Assembly: GCA_051294375.1 (NCBI GenBank)
Contig: CM119270.1
Location: forward strand, 10,187,579 to 10,251,578
Direction: 5' to 3'
DNA length: 64,000 nt
Source: Paraspadella gotoi
Taxonomy: Eukaryota; Animalia; Chaetognatha
Of this stretch, positions 48,713 to 64,000 are shown piece after piece (positions within the stretch are counted from its first letter, which is position 1; every line of letters begins with the position of its first letter). Below the pieces are notes generated by a model. The model did not search any database, was not told the DNA's origin, and saw only the letters and a program-made list of their open reading frames with translations. The position numbers were made by a program, and so were the translations under genes.

Positions 48713-50193
48713 GTAAGAACTTTCTGGCTATATATTTTTACCTGTTATAGTCTCTATCTTATACATAAACTATATCAATTAAATACAGAATATATAGAAT
48801 TAAATATTGACATCGAACGACGGAAGGACAAAACGTTTTCCCGCGTTTTTAAACCGGTTCGTCAGATATAAATCAAAGTCACTTACCCGACGGAGTGCTG
48901 GTCTCATCCAAGCATCCCGTGCCTTCGCCTCCCAACCCCAGCGACATTTAAACTCTTCATCGATCCTTCCTTTCGAAAGTGAGAAGCGAAAGGAGAAAAG
49001 GAGAAAGGCCTCCCTCTTTTCTTTTCTTTTTCTTCTCTTTTTTCGCGTGAGCGTCTCCGCCGTCTCCCTCAAATGTTTTTTTGATTTACAGTTTTCGCGG
49101 TCCGAATTTTGATTTACCCGTTCTCTCTCTCTCTCTCCGTCTTCTCTCCACGGTCTTCCGTGCGACGCTCGTTGCGTCCTTTACCGGGATGCTGAGTCGT
49201 TCGTGGCGGTCGTTCGGGGGCGTTGCATCTCGCGTCTGCATCTCAGTCTGCAGTTTCGGGATCCTCTGGTCAGCCGTCGTCGTCGTCGGTCATCTCTCGT
49301 GCTCGTCTTCTCGTTCTCGCTGTCTCCACGGTCTCCGCGATGTCTTTGGGCTTTCTTTCTCTTGTTCTTCGAGATTGTAATACGGACTTACATCGTCAAA
49401 TGTTTGCTTAACTCCGCAGGAACGCAAGGAAGAGATACGTAGCGTTGATTTATTGACCGATGCAGAGGTTGTTTTTTAGAAGGAAAGGCCCCGGCAAAGA
49501 GGGCGCGGTGTAGATATTGACATCAAGGCGGTAATTTCTGATTGGAGCCGAGCCGAGATTAATAGGTGAACATTACTATTTATTTTTTAACTCGAATCTG
49601 TCTCTCTCTCTCGGTGCGTTCGACTCGCCGGGTTCTTCGTCGGTCCTCGCTCTCTCGTCTCGTCTCTCTCCTCGGTCTCAGGCGGTCAGCTGCTCTTGGG
49701 TCTCGTCTCTCTCCTGCGTCGGTTTGTCCTCTCCTGACAAAGGCAGGGAAAGGAGTCGGTGAGTTACGCTCGGAAAGAGATAACTATCTGTAATGCTGCT
49801 TCGAGTTTCGTTTGCGAAGAAAGTAACGTCGTGATCATCGTCATCATCTTTGTCATCATCATCGTTTACAGCCATCCTCATCATCGTCGTCGTCATCGTC
49901 ATCATCGACAACTAGGCCATGCCTCTTCGACTCTGGTCTCTCTCTCCATCTCTCTCTCTCTCTCTTCTCTCTCCTCTCTCCCTCCTCTCTCTCTCCGTCT
50001 CTCTCTCTCTCTCTCTCTCTTTTCGTTCGTTATTGCGGAGGCTGTAAACCAGCTTGGTGGCTGTAAAACCAGTGATAAATAAAATATGTTTCGAACGAAG
50101 GCGGACGGGGAAGAGAGAAGAGAGAGTAGAGAGAGAGAGAGTTTGGTTGAGAAGTAGAGAGAGAGAGAGATGTGAGAAAGAGTAGAGTGTAGA

Positions 50194-51104
50194 TGAGACG
50201 TTATTTTTGCGAAAATGATGAGGATAGTTCTTCCCCTCGATTTATACGAAATTATCAACTATTTATAATCGGGAGGTGGAAGCGGAATTCTTTTGCTGTC
50301 CAGCAGAGAGAGAGAGAGAGAGAGAGATCAGAATATAAGTTCCTCCGAAAAGCGTCATCTCTTCGTAAGACCCCTGCTCTCGATCTCTATCCTGTCGGTC
50401 TCTCTCTCGTCTTGTCAAATCCGTGCGACCGACGTTGTTAAAACCTTTCCCCACGCAGTTAAAGTCCATTTGCGTGCCATATATTTTTCCCCACCTCAAA
50501 GCCAATTAAACTTTAAAAAAGATAAATCCCGAACTTCGTTCAATGAAGATGAGAGAGAGAGAGAGAGGAGAGAGAGTGGGAGAGTGGAGAGAGAGAGGGT
50601 AGAGAGAGGGAGAGAAGGAGAGACGAGGAGAGAGAAGGGAGTGAGAGTAGAGACGAAGAGAGGGAGGAGACCGGTTTTTTTTTAAGTTAAGAGTACGCTA
50701 TATCTATCACTATGCGGCGAATCGGAGATAAGAGCAGTTGTTAGGAAACTGCTGCTTTAACAGCTTCTGTGACGGGTTAATGTTCAAGGGAACGGAGGAC
50801 AACGACGACGCGACGACTACTAGGGACGCGATAGCACGACGATAACGACCTTCGTTTTAAAAAAAAAAAATACATTGCGGTTAGAAAGATTAGGATCGGC
50901 CCTGTTTTGAAGGGGTGAGGGAGGAGAGAGGGGCGGGAGGGAAAGGGGTTGAAATTACTGGAGGGAAAATGGAGACGAAAATTAATTTCAGCTCGAAGAA
51001 AAAAAGGAAAGAGAGAGAAAGCTTAACTTTACTTACAGGGCGGACGGGGAGAGAAACAAAAATACGGGCCGAGTATCCAGGAAACGAGAGAGAGAAGAAG
51101 AGAG

Positions 51105-51153
<49 letters not shown>

Positions 51154-51711
51154 AGAGAGAGAGGAAACATTCCACATCGAGTTTTTTCGAAAACTGAAAT
51201 TGTGGTTTACTCTCTAGCGTTCTCAAAGTCCGCCCTAATTCAATTTATTTAACCGAGGGGTGAAGAGAAAGAGAGAGAGAGAAATAGAGAGAGAGCGTAA
51301 GAGTTTCATTTTCCAAATTTGTTTATAAATAACTCCCGAAAGTGTCACGATCGCTGTTCGCCAACTTTTGGACATTATATAATATCCTGGTACAAAGCGT
51401 ACGTAAATAAGATACCTTGTTTTGCGATAATTATTCCGAGACTAGTATTCGTTTCGGATCCAGGGTGTTAGTAATCGATCACGAGTATGTACTGTGTATA
51501 TAATAATAAGTGTAGGAGAAAGCTCAGAATTCACGCTTTATCTATTAATTGAAGATCAATGTTTAACTTTTTTTTTTTCTGGGAATATGAGTAGAGAAGG
51601 AGAAAAGGAGGAAGAGAGAAAATTGTGTGAGCTCTCATCGTTGTGTAGATCGGCCCTCTCACAGCGCATGATAAATACTGTGAGGCGGAGACGAAAAGAA
51701 GGAGAGAGAGA

Positions 51712-51772
<61 letters not shown>

Positions 51773-53536
51773 GAGAGAGGAGAGAGGAGAAGAGAGTATC
51801 AGTATCGCAAATTCGAAAAGGCCATCTCTATTGTGAGAGGATTCTGAGGAGGTCCGAAAACTCTCGAAGGCCGAGTGTCTGCGAGTCCTGTTAGTTCGCC
51901 TCGATTTTCTTTTTTCGTTTCGTCATCTCACTCATCCAGTCTCTCGGATCCTTCTTCACTCTCCTCTTCATGTCTGAGGGCCGAAGATATTTTCTTCTGT
52001 TGCTTTCTTTCAAAAACGCAGAGACGCCGAGAGGAGAGATGAAAGAGGAGAGAGGAAGAGGAGATTTCTTTCACTAGATGGCTTCTTGGCGCACGTTCGA
52101 AGGGGATGGTCTCGTCTATCTCTCCTCCTTTCTCTCTCAGATCTAGGCATGATGCATACCGTAGGGAAGTGATAGAAAAAAAACAAAAAGAGTAGAAAGT
52201 TGAAGGATATCCTTCAGAGTGTGGATGGTTTTTTTTTTCACGCCTGACAGCGCAGTAGAGGAAACGACACAAGAGTGGTCAGTGTAACGCGGCTACGAAG
52301 GCTTCTGCATTCCGGCTTGACAATGACAGGGCTCGTCTTTCTTCTGTCTTCTCTCAGCATTGCGTTAGCCGCCGGAAGCTCTCGTAGTTATCTCATTGAC
52401 TGATCTGTGTATTCGCAGCAGAGCGGATAATCTTTCCCTTAAATGCGCTTTTGATCTATGTGTCATACTGATAGTAGAATTGGTGTTTGTAGATTCCGAA
52501 TCTTATTGTAATCGTGTAGGACGAACCCGCGAAAAGACGAAGAATAGAATATCAAGCTGACACCTCTCAGGTGAGTTCACCACTGACGGACGACGGCAGG
52601 GCAAACGTAGCTCCACAGTTGGACCAAAGAATACTTTAAATTTAGGCTGTCTGATTCAAATGCACAGGAATTGCCATTTGTGCATTTTAACAAATTACAA
52701 CGTTGGTCCAAAAATCATTTATTAAACTCATTAATTTCTGCATTCGGGGCGGCGGCATTTTCTCTCCCTTACCCTCAACTCCTCCCTCATCTCATCCTCA
52801 TCCTCATCCTCATCTCCGCTGCCTCATGCTCTACTCCGCCCCTTCAAAGCTCACTCCCCTTCTTCGACAACTTCTTCGAATATGAACATCAACACACATC
52901 ACATAAATAAAAAAAAGGTGGCACGACTCTCGACATACTTCTCTGCCATCGATTACAATCAGCTGCCTGAAGCAAAATGCCGATCGACCGCTGGTATCGA
53001 GGGAGCGGGAACCGATCGGCGGCCGCCTCCACGCCACCATCATGTCCGTCACGACGCCCAAGCCGAGTGACGCGTCGCACGGGACGAGACGACGAGCAGC
53101 AAAAACGGTTCCCAACACGCACGGCGTCGTCGACCACTGGTCACCAGGTAGGTCGTGGCCATTTTTGTCACTGTTTCTTCTTCTATTTTTTTTTAGATTA
53201 GTTTTTTTCGAGACTGGAGAGACAATAGTTTTATATAATTTGGTTATTTTAGACCAATCACACGCACCAAGAGCTAAGAATGTACCATAAAAAAAAAAAG
53301 AAAGCTCTCATGGATTTTTGCATATAAATTGTAGTTTGAAATTATGAAGTATTGTAGTCCGTAGATTGTTTTGAAAATAATAGGCAGCATCTCGTCCAAA
53401 TTTTTTTTTTTTTTTTTCTTGGCCAATATAGCAACTTGATTTCGGTCGTCGTCCTTCTCGATGCAATTTTATATATGAAACAGAAATATTTATCCCCGTC
53501 GTTTTGCATAACATAACAATAGCACAAACATTCCTA
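50194..53536 (+). other. Error-rich duplicate of 53562-55780, including a scrambled copy of hth exon 6 (about 52918-53147); probable assembly artefact
   Basis: Collinear with the segment right of the 25-N gap but full of small indels, mostly insertions. Confidence 0.75.
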
Positions 53537-53896
53537 NNNNNNNNNNNNNNNNNNNNNNNNNGAGAGACGTTATTTTTCGAAAATGATGAGGATGATCTTC
53601 CCCTCGATTTATACCCGAAATTATCAACTATTTATAACCGGGAGGGAAGCGGAATTCTTTTCTGTCCAGCAGAGAGAGAGAGAGAGAGAGAGTCAGAATA
53701 TAAGTCCTCCGAAAAGCGTCATCTTCGTAAGACCCCTCTCTATCTCTATCCTGTCGGTCTCTCTCTCTCTGTCAAATCCGTGCCCGACGTTTAAAACCTT
53801 TCCCAACGGTTAAAGTCCATTTGCGTGCCGATATATTTTTCCCCACCTCAAAGCCAATTAAACTTTAAAAAAGATAAATCCCCGAACTTCGTTACA

Positions 53897-53987
<91 letters not shown>

Positions 53988-54368
53988 ATTCCACATCGAG
54001 TTTTTCGAAAACTGAAAATTGTGTTTTTACTCCGCCTAATTCAATTTATAACCGAGGGCGGAGAGAAAGAGAGAGAGAGAAATAGAGAGAGAGCGAGAGA
54101 GTTTCAAATTTGTTTATATAACTCCCAAAGTATCATCGCGCAACTTTTGACATTCTATCCTGACAAAGCGTACGTAAATAAGATACGTTTTTGCGATAAT
54201 TATTTCGAGACTAGTATTTTTCGTGTTATAATCACCGAAACTCTGAGTTAGAAAGTCAGATTCACCTTTATTATTATTGAAAGATCAATGTTTACTTTTT
54301 TTTCTGAATATGAGTGAGAAAGAAAGAAAAGTAGAAAATCTCATTGGGATCGGCCTAAAAATTGAGCG

Positions 54369-54450
<82 letters not shown>

Positions 54451-55270
54451 CAGTATCGCATTCGAAAGGCCTCCTATTTGGTGAATCTGAGGTCGAAAAC
54501 TCTCGAAGGCCGAGTGTCTGCGAGTCTGTTAGTTCGCCTCGATTTTCTTTCGTTCTCTCTCTCTCTCTCTCTCCCTCTCTCTCTCTCTGTCTGAGCCTGA
54601 AGATATTTTCTTCACCAGAGACCCTGAGAGAGAGAGTGAGAGAGAGAGAGAGAGATTCTTTCAACTAGATGGCTCTTGGCACGTTTCGAAAGGGGATGCG
54701 GCTTACTCTCCCTCTTTCTCTCTCAGATCTAGCGCGATATGCACGTAAGGGAGAAAGTGATAGAAAAACAAAAAGAGAGAAAGTTGAAGGATATCCCTTC
54801 AGTTTTTTTTTCAGTTTCGCTAAGAGAGACAAGGAGGTCAGTTAACACGAAGCTTCTCATTCGACTTGACAAAATGACAGGTCGCTTTTTCTCTTCCGCT
54901 CTCGATTATCTTGACTCGGATTTCGCGCGGATAATCTTTCTTAAAATCCTTTTGATCTTCGTCGTTACTTTCGATCTTTTGTATCGAGAAAGGAAAGACG
55001 AAGATAGAACTGACACCGACGCAACTTGGACAAAAATATTATTGAGACCAAAAATCATTTGTATTTTAAATTGTCCAAAAATCATTTATTAAACTCATTA
55101 ATTCTCATTCGGCAATTTTCTCTTCCCTTACCCTCAACTCCCTCCTCATCCTCATCCTCATCCTCATCCTCATCTCCCTCCTCATCCTCCTACTCCGCCC
55201 CTCAAACGCTCCCACTCCCCTTCTTCGACAACTTCTTCAATATGAACATCAACAACATCAACATAAATAA

Positions 55271-55579
<309 letters not shown>

Positions 55580-55941
55580 TAGACCAATTAAGACAAGCTA
55601 AGAATTAAAAAAAAAGAAAGCTCTCATTTTGATATAAAATTGTATTTGAATATGAAGTATTGTAGTCGTAGTGTTTTGAAATAAGGCAGTCTCGTCAAAA
55701 TTTATTTTTTCTAGCCAAATAACGATTTCGTCCTTCTCGAGCAATTTTATGACAATATCCTCGTTTGCATAACATACAAACAAACATCCTGATCGCATCG
55801 ACCTCCCTTTTATTCCATCCTCGCTGGAATTTTTCACAAAGTCGATTCTCTCTCTCACAAATACCGTCACACTCAAACCCTCACGGTTCCCACCGCGGGA
55901 AAATTTCCGTCGAACCTTGATCCGTGCTCGACCTTTTTCCC

Positions 55942-56044
<103 letters not shown>

Positions 56045-56701
56045 CCTTCCCCCATTACCCTCTCCCTCGTTTTTTTTTCTGTGCGAGGGAATATTTCGTG
56101 GTCTTTATGGCTCGCAACCTCCTCCATTCGTCATATTTGACAATCGAACGCACGCCGAAAAAGTGAGTGCGGGTTTTTGGCGGCGGGCGGCTTCGGGCGG
56201 CGTCGCAAGCGGGCGTGGGGCGGTCGCGGCGCCGTGGCGTTTCCCCCCTCTTCCCCTTTTTACGTTTCTCTTCTTCACATTTCCCTTTGTTGGGTTCCGT
56301 ACCTTTTTTCTTTTTCCTCTTTTCTTTTCATCATTTCTTATATTTATTTTCGTTTTTATATTCATTCGTCCGATTTTTCTTTTATTACTTTTTATACATT
56401 TTATTTTCGTGCTCACTTGAGGTTTTGATAATTTCTTCTCTTCCTCGTTTTTCCTTTGGTATTTTTATATATTTTTTACCTCCTTTCTTTACTCATTACT
56501 TACTATTACTTCTTTCTACATATTACATTTTCTCTTTCCTCCGCTTTTTTCTTCCCTTTCTTTTTTTCCAGTCGTCATTCCTCGATTCTCATCTCAATAA
56601 CGAAAATATCCATCGAACTTTCGACATTGTACAAAAAAATGGTTAATGTATCCGAATGAGACGATATCTCTGTCCCTCTTCCACCATTACATTGAATAAA
56701 C

Positions 56702-56840
<139 letters not shown>

Positions 56841-59800
56841 AAGGACGATCCTCCCTTCTTCTTTTCCCGACTTTTCTTCCGATCGACTTATTTTGCGGTT
56901 TATATTGAATGATCTCGGCCGAGATCCTGACCGCTCTCCACTCGAACCCATTTAAACCCCATTGGGAGACGAGAGTTTTTTTCCCGCGCCCTCGGCGCCC
57001 CAATGACCCATCTAGCTTCTCAGCCTTCCAGACTCGTTTGAGCCTTACCCGAGCTATAGACTGATAGTTTACTTACCTCAGGTTTACGCATTACGAAGGC
57101 AAACCTTGCCTTTCTTTTCCTCGCCTCTATTTTATTTACCCATTTCTCTTCCTCTTCCTTTTCCCTATTTATCCCTTCTGTAATCCCCCTCTCCTCCCTT
57201 TCCTCCCTTTCCTCCCTTATTCTCTTCCCCAAGATATTCTTCCGTTGCCAAGAATTATTTCTTTTCGTGCGACTCAGGGGCAGAGGAGGCTCTGAGAGGG
57301 TAGAAAGGTGAGAAGGAGAGGGAGGAATAAGAAAGGGGAGGGAAATCGAGTTGGCCCGGGTCCAGGGGGAATCCTCCCATGGCCCCGGCGCTGGCATCGG
57401 CGCCGCCATCTGCTCCCCTCCTCCTCGTCCCCAGCGCCGTTCTCTCCGCGTCGACGATGTGGCGCAAACTACAACAACAACGACTGAGATATAATGACAA
57501 GTTACGATTATTTTCTACCTTACAAACGCGAGGGTAAAAAAGTGCGTCGTTTATTTGTTGTCATAAACCACCTAAAATTATTGCTCATTTGATTGGATTT
57601 TGCTCACCAAGTTATAATCACCAAGTAAAGTCTCTTTAAAAATGAATACAGTCGCGACATTTAATTTCTGATCCTTTCTTATGACTCAGTCTCCTTTCCC
57701 AGGGCCATCTCAACCCCCATCCTGTCTCGTCCGGCTTCCAACCCCTCGGGGCTTCCGGCATTCGCTTCTAACCGGCACTATCCCCCGCGAGGCAACCGCC
57801 ACCCCGGGCCCAGAGCCCACCCCCTCCCCGACCCAACAAATCTGGCCGTCATAAAACTGTCGCTTCGTCAAAAACGCCGACTATATTTTTTTTGTGCTGT
57901 TCGGGATCCCAGCCAAAAAAGGGCTACAGCACAAAACTTTTTTTTCTATTCTTCTATCCTTCTACATGTAGCATTCAGTTGATTGACGAAATAATGTAAT
58001 TATTTTGATGATGTTCGTTATTAAGTTAAGTCTTAGTGAAATTGTTATTTCTATCGTACTAAGAAAAATATACAATCCTCTTTTTTTATATTAAATATTT
58101 CATGACTTTAAAGCGATATTAGTGATTTTGTAATTTTACCAAAGTAACTATTTTAAAGAGTAGCCGTAAAATTCCTTAGAGATTACTCACAAATGTAGTC
58201 AATGGTTGCCGATGTCCCACAAAAGCGATGGAATTCCGTGGTGATTCCCCAGAAAAGCGAACCGCCCGATTCGCTTTCTCTTGGCGTGGATTTAAGTTTT
58301 TCCAATTTGTTTGACACGGGGTCATCGCTTAGCCGCATCTTCCGAAAGAGAGAGAGAGAGAGACTGAGAGAAAGAGAGAGAGAGAGTGATAGCTTTCTTG
58401 GGTCTTGACTGGAGCGGGAAACGCTGGTGGAATGATTTACTGCGGTTGGGGTGGCGGCCGGTCGCTGGAGCACGGAGATAGAAAGTGGGATAGAAAGAGA
58501 AGGGACGGGGTAAGGGAAGAGAAAAAGAAAGGAGGAAATTATTTTTGAAAGATATTTATAGCGTGAATCGATTAAATGTCACAGTCAAAACCGAAATTTT
58601 TTTGTGAGTGTCGTCTATGCGACGAACGATTCGATACTTGGTTAATGGTTATGCAGTATTGCACTATTTATTTATTCTCTATTTATTTACTCTTTAATTT
58701 CTAAGTTTTAACTAAATAAGTTTATTTCAAAGCTAGCCCTAAGCAAGTAATTTTATCCTTCAATTCAAGCTTGGCCAGCTTTCAGGCCCTGATCGAGCCT
58801 CGGTAGAACTCGAGCTTTTTTATTTCATTTAGTTCGGAGCTAACGTCCTTTTTTTTCTCTCGCTCTCACTTTCCCGAAAATGGCCGAAATAATGACGAGG
58901 AAATAACGCTCTCTCTCTCTCTCTCTCTCTCTCTACTCTCAGTTCTCGTCCTCTCTCTCATCCATAATCTTCTTTCTTTTTTCTCCTCCCTCTTTTCAAT
59001 TCTTCCTTCCCACTCTCGCCATTAAACCGCCGCTAACAGGGTAGGCGTGTCAGTCGTTTCCGGTGGATCACGTGACCTCCCCTCTCTCCCTAACAAGGTG
59101 GGCGTGCCAGCCGTTTCCCGACGGTCACGTGATATTCGCGTTTCGGATTAGCGCGTCACACGTGACCTAGGAGTCTCTCTCTCTCTCTCTTTCTCTCTCT
59201 CCTCTCTCTCTCTCCTCTTCTCTCTCATCTCTCTCTCTCTCCATTCTCCCTCCTCTCTCTCTCTCCTCCACTGCCGCTCAATTCGCAAATTTTCTATCGG
59301 CAGTCCTGTGAAAGATTGACGACAGCGAGAAGGGAAAGGGTTGAGATGGTCGCTCCTCTCTCTCCTTCTCTCTCTCTCTTCTCTCCCTCCCTCTCTCTCT
59401 TCTGTCGTCCTCTCTCCTCCTCATCTCTCTCCTCTCCCTAGTCTCACTCTCTCTTTCTCTTCACTGCGTTGCTGGCACCTGATCATCCTCATCATCGCAG
59501 CACGCGCGCGCGAGAGAAAGAGACACAGAGAGAGAGAAAGAGAGACGCGTTCAAACTCGGCCGCAGCTGCTGCAGTCCTCGCTGCCGCATTTCCCTCTGT
59601 CTGCAGCAGCAGCGGCTTCAGAGAGAAGAAAGATGAGACTCCAATCGTTCAACGTTCCTCCGTTTTTTTGACGGCTCCTTGTCATCGATACAAGACGACG
59701 ACGACGACGATGACGACGACGACGTTGTTCCCGACGCAATTGGCGGAGTCCGACTCCTGGATTTTGAAAGTTGACATCGGAGGCGAAGAAAGCCCAGATC

Positions 59801-60609
59801 TCGAGACCAAAAGTTTTTTTTACAGGTTCAAAAATGTTAAACATTTTTTTCTCACTTTCGAGGTGTCACATTTAATTTTTTTTGCTGTCAAGTACATTCT
59901 ACTTGGATTATTTATAATCAATAGTGATCGTTACGAGACGGATAAAAGAAATATTAAAGAAATTTATAAAATGGAAAAAAATTATGTGAGAGACGGCACA
60001 TATGTTGCGTCTTCGCACGCAAGTACGCACGTACAAAAAAGAACAAAAACGGGTGGAGTTGTGAATAAAGTGAAAAAAAAATAAGAAAAAAAATTAGTTG
60101 AAAAGAAAAAAAAGAAAAAATAAAAGAAATTAGGTTGGAATAAAAGGAAACAGGTTGTGGAAAATTTCTTAAGGACGACGGCAAGGCGCCACTCGGCAGA
60201 ACAAAAGGCTCTACATAATGGAGAAAAAATACAGGAGAGAGAGAGAGAGAAAGAGAAAGCAAGAGAGAAGGAAAGAAAGAAAGGAGAAAAAAGGGAAAAG
60301 AATTGAAAAGGATCGGAAAAAATAATCTGGTTTTTAAAAACGAGATCGCTGGTATTAATAGAGAGCGAAAAGAGAGAGAAAGAGAGAGAGAGAGGTAGCT
60401 GGTAGGTATTTGGTAGGTAACGATTGGTTACTCACCCCTGAGATATTTTCTTTGTTTTAAGGAGAGGCAAGTGGAGAGATAATAAATATCATCGACGTGT
60501 TGTTGTCAATATTTTTTCATCGTATATATACTTCAATTAGCATTTCATTAAGGAATTTTTTTTATTTCTTTCCTTTCCTTTCTTTTCCTTCTTTCTTTCT
60601 TTCTTTCCT

Positions 60610-60640
<31 letters not shown>

Positions 60641-61982
60641 GTCTTTCTGTCTTTCTGTCTTTCTGTCTGTCTTTCTTTCTGTCTGTCTGTCTTTGTCTGT
60701 CTTTCTCCTCATTGAAAATATTTAGATTTCTTCTCAAAAGCGAATTTAAATTCCAAACAAAAAAGAGAAAGAGAGAAGGAGAAAAAAAAGAGAAATAAAT
60801 TAATTAGCATAACACAAGTCGTCGTCGTCGTCGTCGTCGTCCTCTTTTTCCTTCCCCCTCGATTTCCGCCCCACGGAATTCCGAAGGAAGATTCTCTTTT
60901 TTGCCTTCGAGATCGGAACCCTTATTTCTTTTCCGATTGTGGAAGTTGGGATCTATGGTGCGCTGCCTCCCCCGCCCCCCCCCGCGCCCCCCACCGCCAG
61001 CCCCCACCCCCTCGACTTCCCCCTCGATTTCGGCGGGACCACAGGCCGGTACGCAACGGCGGGGGGGGAGCCTCGCGCCCGCGCGGGCCGTTAGAGTGCA
61101 ACTACGCGTCGGTGGAGCCCGAACAAGGGTGGGGCGAAGTCGCTTATTTACTGAGTTACTTCTACCTGCTATAACTGTCCTCTTCCCCCCCCTTGACGAT
61201 AATTCTCTCCTCTTCTCTCCTCTCTCTTCTTCTCTCTTACTTCTCTCTCCTCATCTAACTCTCTCCTCCTTCTTTCTCTTCATCTCTCTTATTCTTCTCT
61301 CTCTCTCTTCCGGTTCTGGCTCTCTTCATCTCTCTCTGTATCTTCCTCTCCTTCCTTCTCTCTCCTCTCTCTCTCTTACTCTCTCTCCCTCTCTCTCTCT
61401 TCGTCCCTCTGCGTTCTCTCTCCGATAGATTTGTAATAATAAAAAAAAATTTATAATCGAATTCTTAATATGTTAATTTATTTTCATTTTGCGTTTTTCG
61501 TCTTCGTTTCGGTCGTTGGGAGAAAAGCGGCGATTGACTTGTCAAGGCAGAACTTTTAGTTAAATTTATCGATTAAAATATTTCTAACTTAATTATTTTC
61601 TTTTTTTTTTCTCGCTAAAGAAGACCGGTGTCAATATTTTTGGCAGCTACATATATTTTTGCGCTTTTTCAGGTCTTTTCAAACGAGTTTGGTCACTGCA
61701 TTTAATTATAATAATTATATATAATTTTGTGTTTTACAATGGCATTTAACTCTTGTTTTCTGTCACAATATTTTTCATCATCTCTCTCTTTCTCTCTGGA
61801 AAGTCCTGTCGCAACCCCGACGGAAAGCGAATCACTTCCGCCCCGCTCGGGCAATGTCCGGCCTCATTCGGCCCGATCCTCTCTCCAAATCCCTTCTGAT
61901 CCCGAGGAGGATAAAAACCCACAGAAGTTTAAGCGGCCGACAAAAGTGCATCTGACCGACGAAAAAAATCGCCCGTTCCGAT

Positions 61983-62043
<61 letters not shown>

Positions 62044-64000
62044 AGAGAGGGAGTCACACTTCAACGAAAACTTAAAAAAAAAATCGGCGACTTCCACGTT
62101 GCATATTGAAAATCGGCTTAGTTATGGTGGGACACGATAAATCAGTCGATGTTCTCGAATCGAGGGAGAGAGAGAGAAAGAAAGAGAGAGAGAGAGAGGT
62201 CATGCCCTCTCAAAAACGACGTCCGTATAAACGAAATGGTTGTGTTAGTGTTGTTGTTGTTGTTGGGCCGCCGATTTTTGTTTTCGATAAAAATCTGTGC
62301 ACATCTGAAATTGCATCTCCGTCCTGAAGATTGCATACACGCATACTCTCCTTATCTGTCTCTCCTTTTGTATGCGTCACTGCTCGTCACGACCGCCAAG
62401 ATTGCAGGGAAGGAGGGGGGTGGTGGGGGAATACGATGGCGGCGGCGGCGGCGGTTGCAGAAGGGGTGACATGTTATGAGGCCTCGGAAGTAAGTCAGTT
62501 TTTCGTGTTTCTTGTAATTTATCGCAAAATTATTTTTCGCGAGAACAATAAGGCTCCATCTCCTTTTGGAGAGACAAAAAAAATGTCGTCGTCGAGTGGG
62601 CGTGGGAGTTGTTGTCGTTGTCGTTGTCGTTGTCGTCCTCGTCTCTTTCTTCGCCCCTTTCGTCATGTTTGAGACGATTTCTTCTTCCTCTTCCTCCTCC
62701 TCCTCCTCGTCCTCCTTCCATCCATCATTCGTCGCGTCTCGATTGACGCGATGCCAACCTACATTTCCGGTCGGGCGTGCGGCGCGGCGTCTTACATTGA
62801 CGTCGTCTTCGTCGTCGTTTCACTCTTAAATTGACGTGTTCCGACTAAGGAAGCTCCGGGCTTCTTGCTTCTCTCTCTTTCGTAATTGTTGCGCGGAAGG
62901 AAAGTGGCAGGCGCAGGTAAGGTGACACCGAGTTGGGCGCGCCTGATTAGGAAAGTGATGCCTTTGATTACGGTATTTTTAAAACTTAAAAGTTGGGTCG
63001 CGTGCGCAAGTAGATTGAAATCTTTCGGTTGAAAGTCGCTTTTGTCGTTGGCGGAAACGAAACAATACATAATAAGAAAAAGACATAAACGTCGCTGAAA
63101 TCGCAACCGCAATAAGACTATCGATCAACGCGGTCGTTCACAAATCGCCCGCCCTATTCCTTAAATTTCCCGTTGACCTTACCCATAGTTTCGATCGTCA
63201 CTTACCCCATCTCCTTTTCTCGTGACCTTTGACCTGCTTCACCCTCGTTCCCCCACCTCAAAGCCACCGCCCCCCATTTTTCTTTTGACCACCAGCCGGT
63301 CCAGCCGGTATTCGGGAAGGCGAAAAAAAAGGGAAATGTAATAAAGAGTCTGTAAATGGGGTTGGAAGACCTATAAGGCCCATATTCCTCCCCCTCCTCC
63401 CGAATCCAACCCCAATAATAAAAATCATTTCGGCGTCGTGGTCGGCGGAACGCCTTCCCTCTCGCGAGAGCACAATAGAAAGGAGGGTGGGGGGAGGAAA
63501 GGAGGAGAGGAAAGGGGAAGAGAGAAGAAAGAGAGAGGGGGACAATGCCGAAGGGCAAATGGAGCCAGAAAAAGGGAGGAGGTGGAAAAAGACTGTTTCG
63601 CAACGCCTCCCTACTTTCTGACCGAAAATCCTCTTTTAGTATAGAAACGCTTTGGGGTTGGTTTGGCAAAATGAAGTGGATGGGGCTGCGGGGAAGGAAT
63701 ATAAAGGGACGACGCAGGTTGGCAATTGTGTCGAGGGGAGAGTGGAGTCGAAAAGGAAGCTGACGGTGACCCCGATCGACCTCGGCCCGGCCTTTTCTTC
63801 GATTCGCGGGCGCGAAGAAAAGGGTCGTCACCCCCAGGGGGTATGCGACCATTCAGGTCCCATCCCCTCCCCCCTCAAAGGGCCAATCATCCCTTTTGAC
63901 GTTCTTTTCCTCGTTCCTTTCCATTCCGAATAAAAGGGTCTTTATTGATATTTGACCAATTATATGAAAAAGACCGTTCTCTGTCTCGTCTTTGCTTTCT

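Noticed and set aside
52918-53147. Second copy of hth exon 6 as a mutually exclusive exon or true pseudo-exon
   Set aside because: It is part of a 3.3-kb collinear duplicate abutting a 25-N gap, with dense random indels in exon and intron alike, typical of uncorrected long-read gap filling. Read depth would settle it.

Overview
Eukaryotic, arthropod-like invertebrate genomic DNA from a gap-filled assembly (N runs at 6884-6908, 19739-19748, 19966-20065, 53537-53561; some stretches look like uncorrected long reads). The left ~34.6 kb is AT-rich and dense in transposons: Tc1/mariner-, Merlin- and CACTA-type non-autonomous elements, Helentron/DINE-like elements, Penelope-like inverted repeats carrying minimal hammerhead ribozymes, a ~187-bp satellite, a decayed Ty3/gypsy retrotransposon (23837-28385) and an orphan 1641-aa repeat-rich ORF (28742-33667). 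The right ~29 kb is CpG- and (GA)n-rich and holds the first six coding exons of homothorax/Meis (MAQRYDE start and HM domain; no homeodomain exon seen in the window). The most notable system is a miniature non-coding LTR retroelement (TRIM) whose LTRs contain a tRNA-like Pol III promoter. It occurs as one full copy (20868-21584) and two solo LTRs, each with its own 4-bp TSD. It shares its PBS start, PPT, termini and TSD length with the gypsy element that sits inside one of its LTRs, so the two are a candidate parasite/helper pair. All calls were made by eye; no database searches were run.
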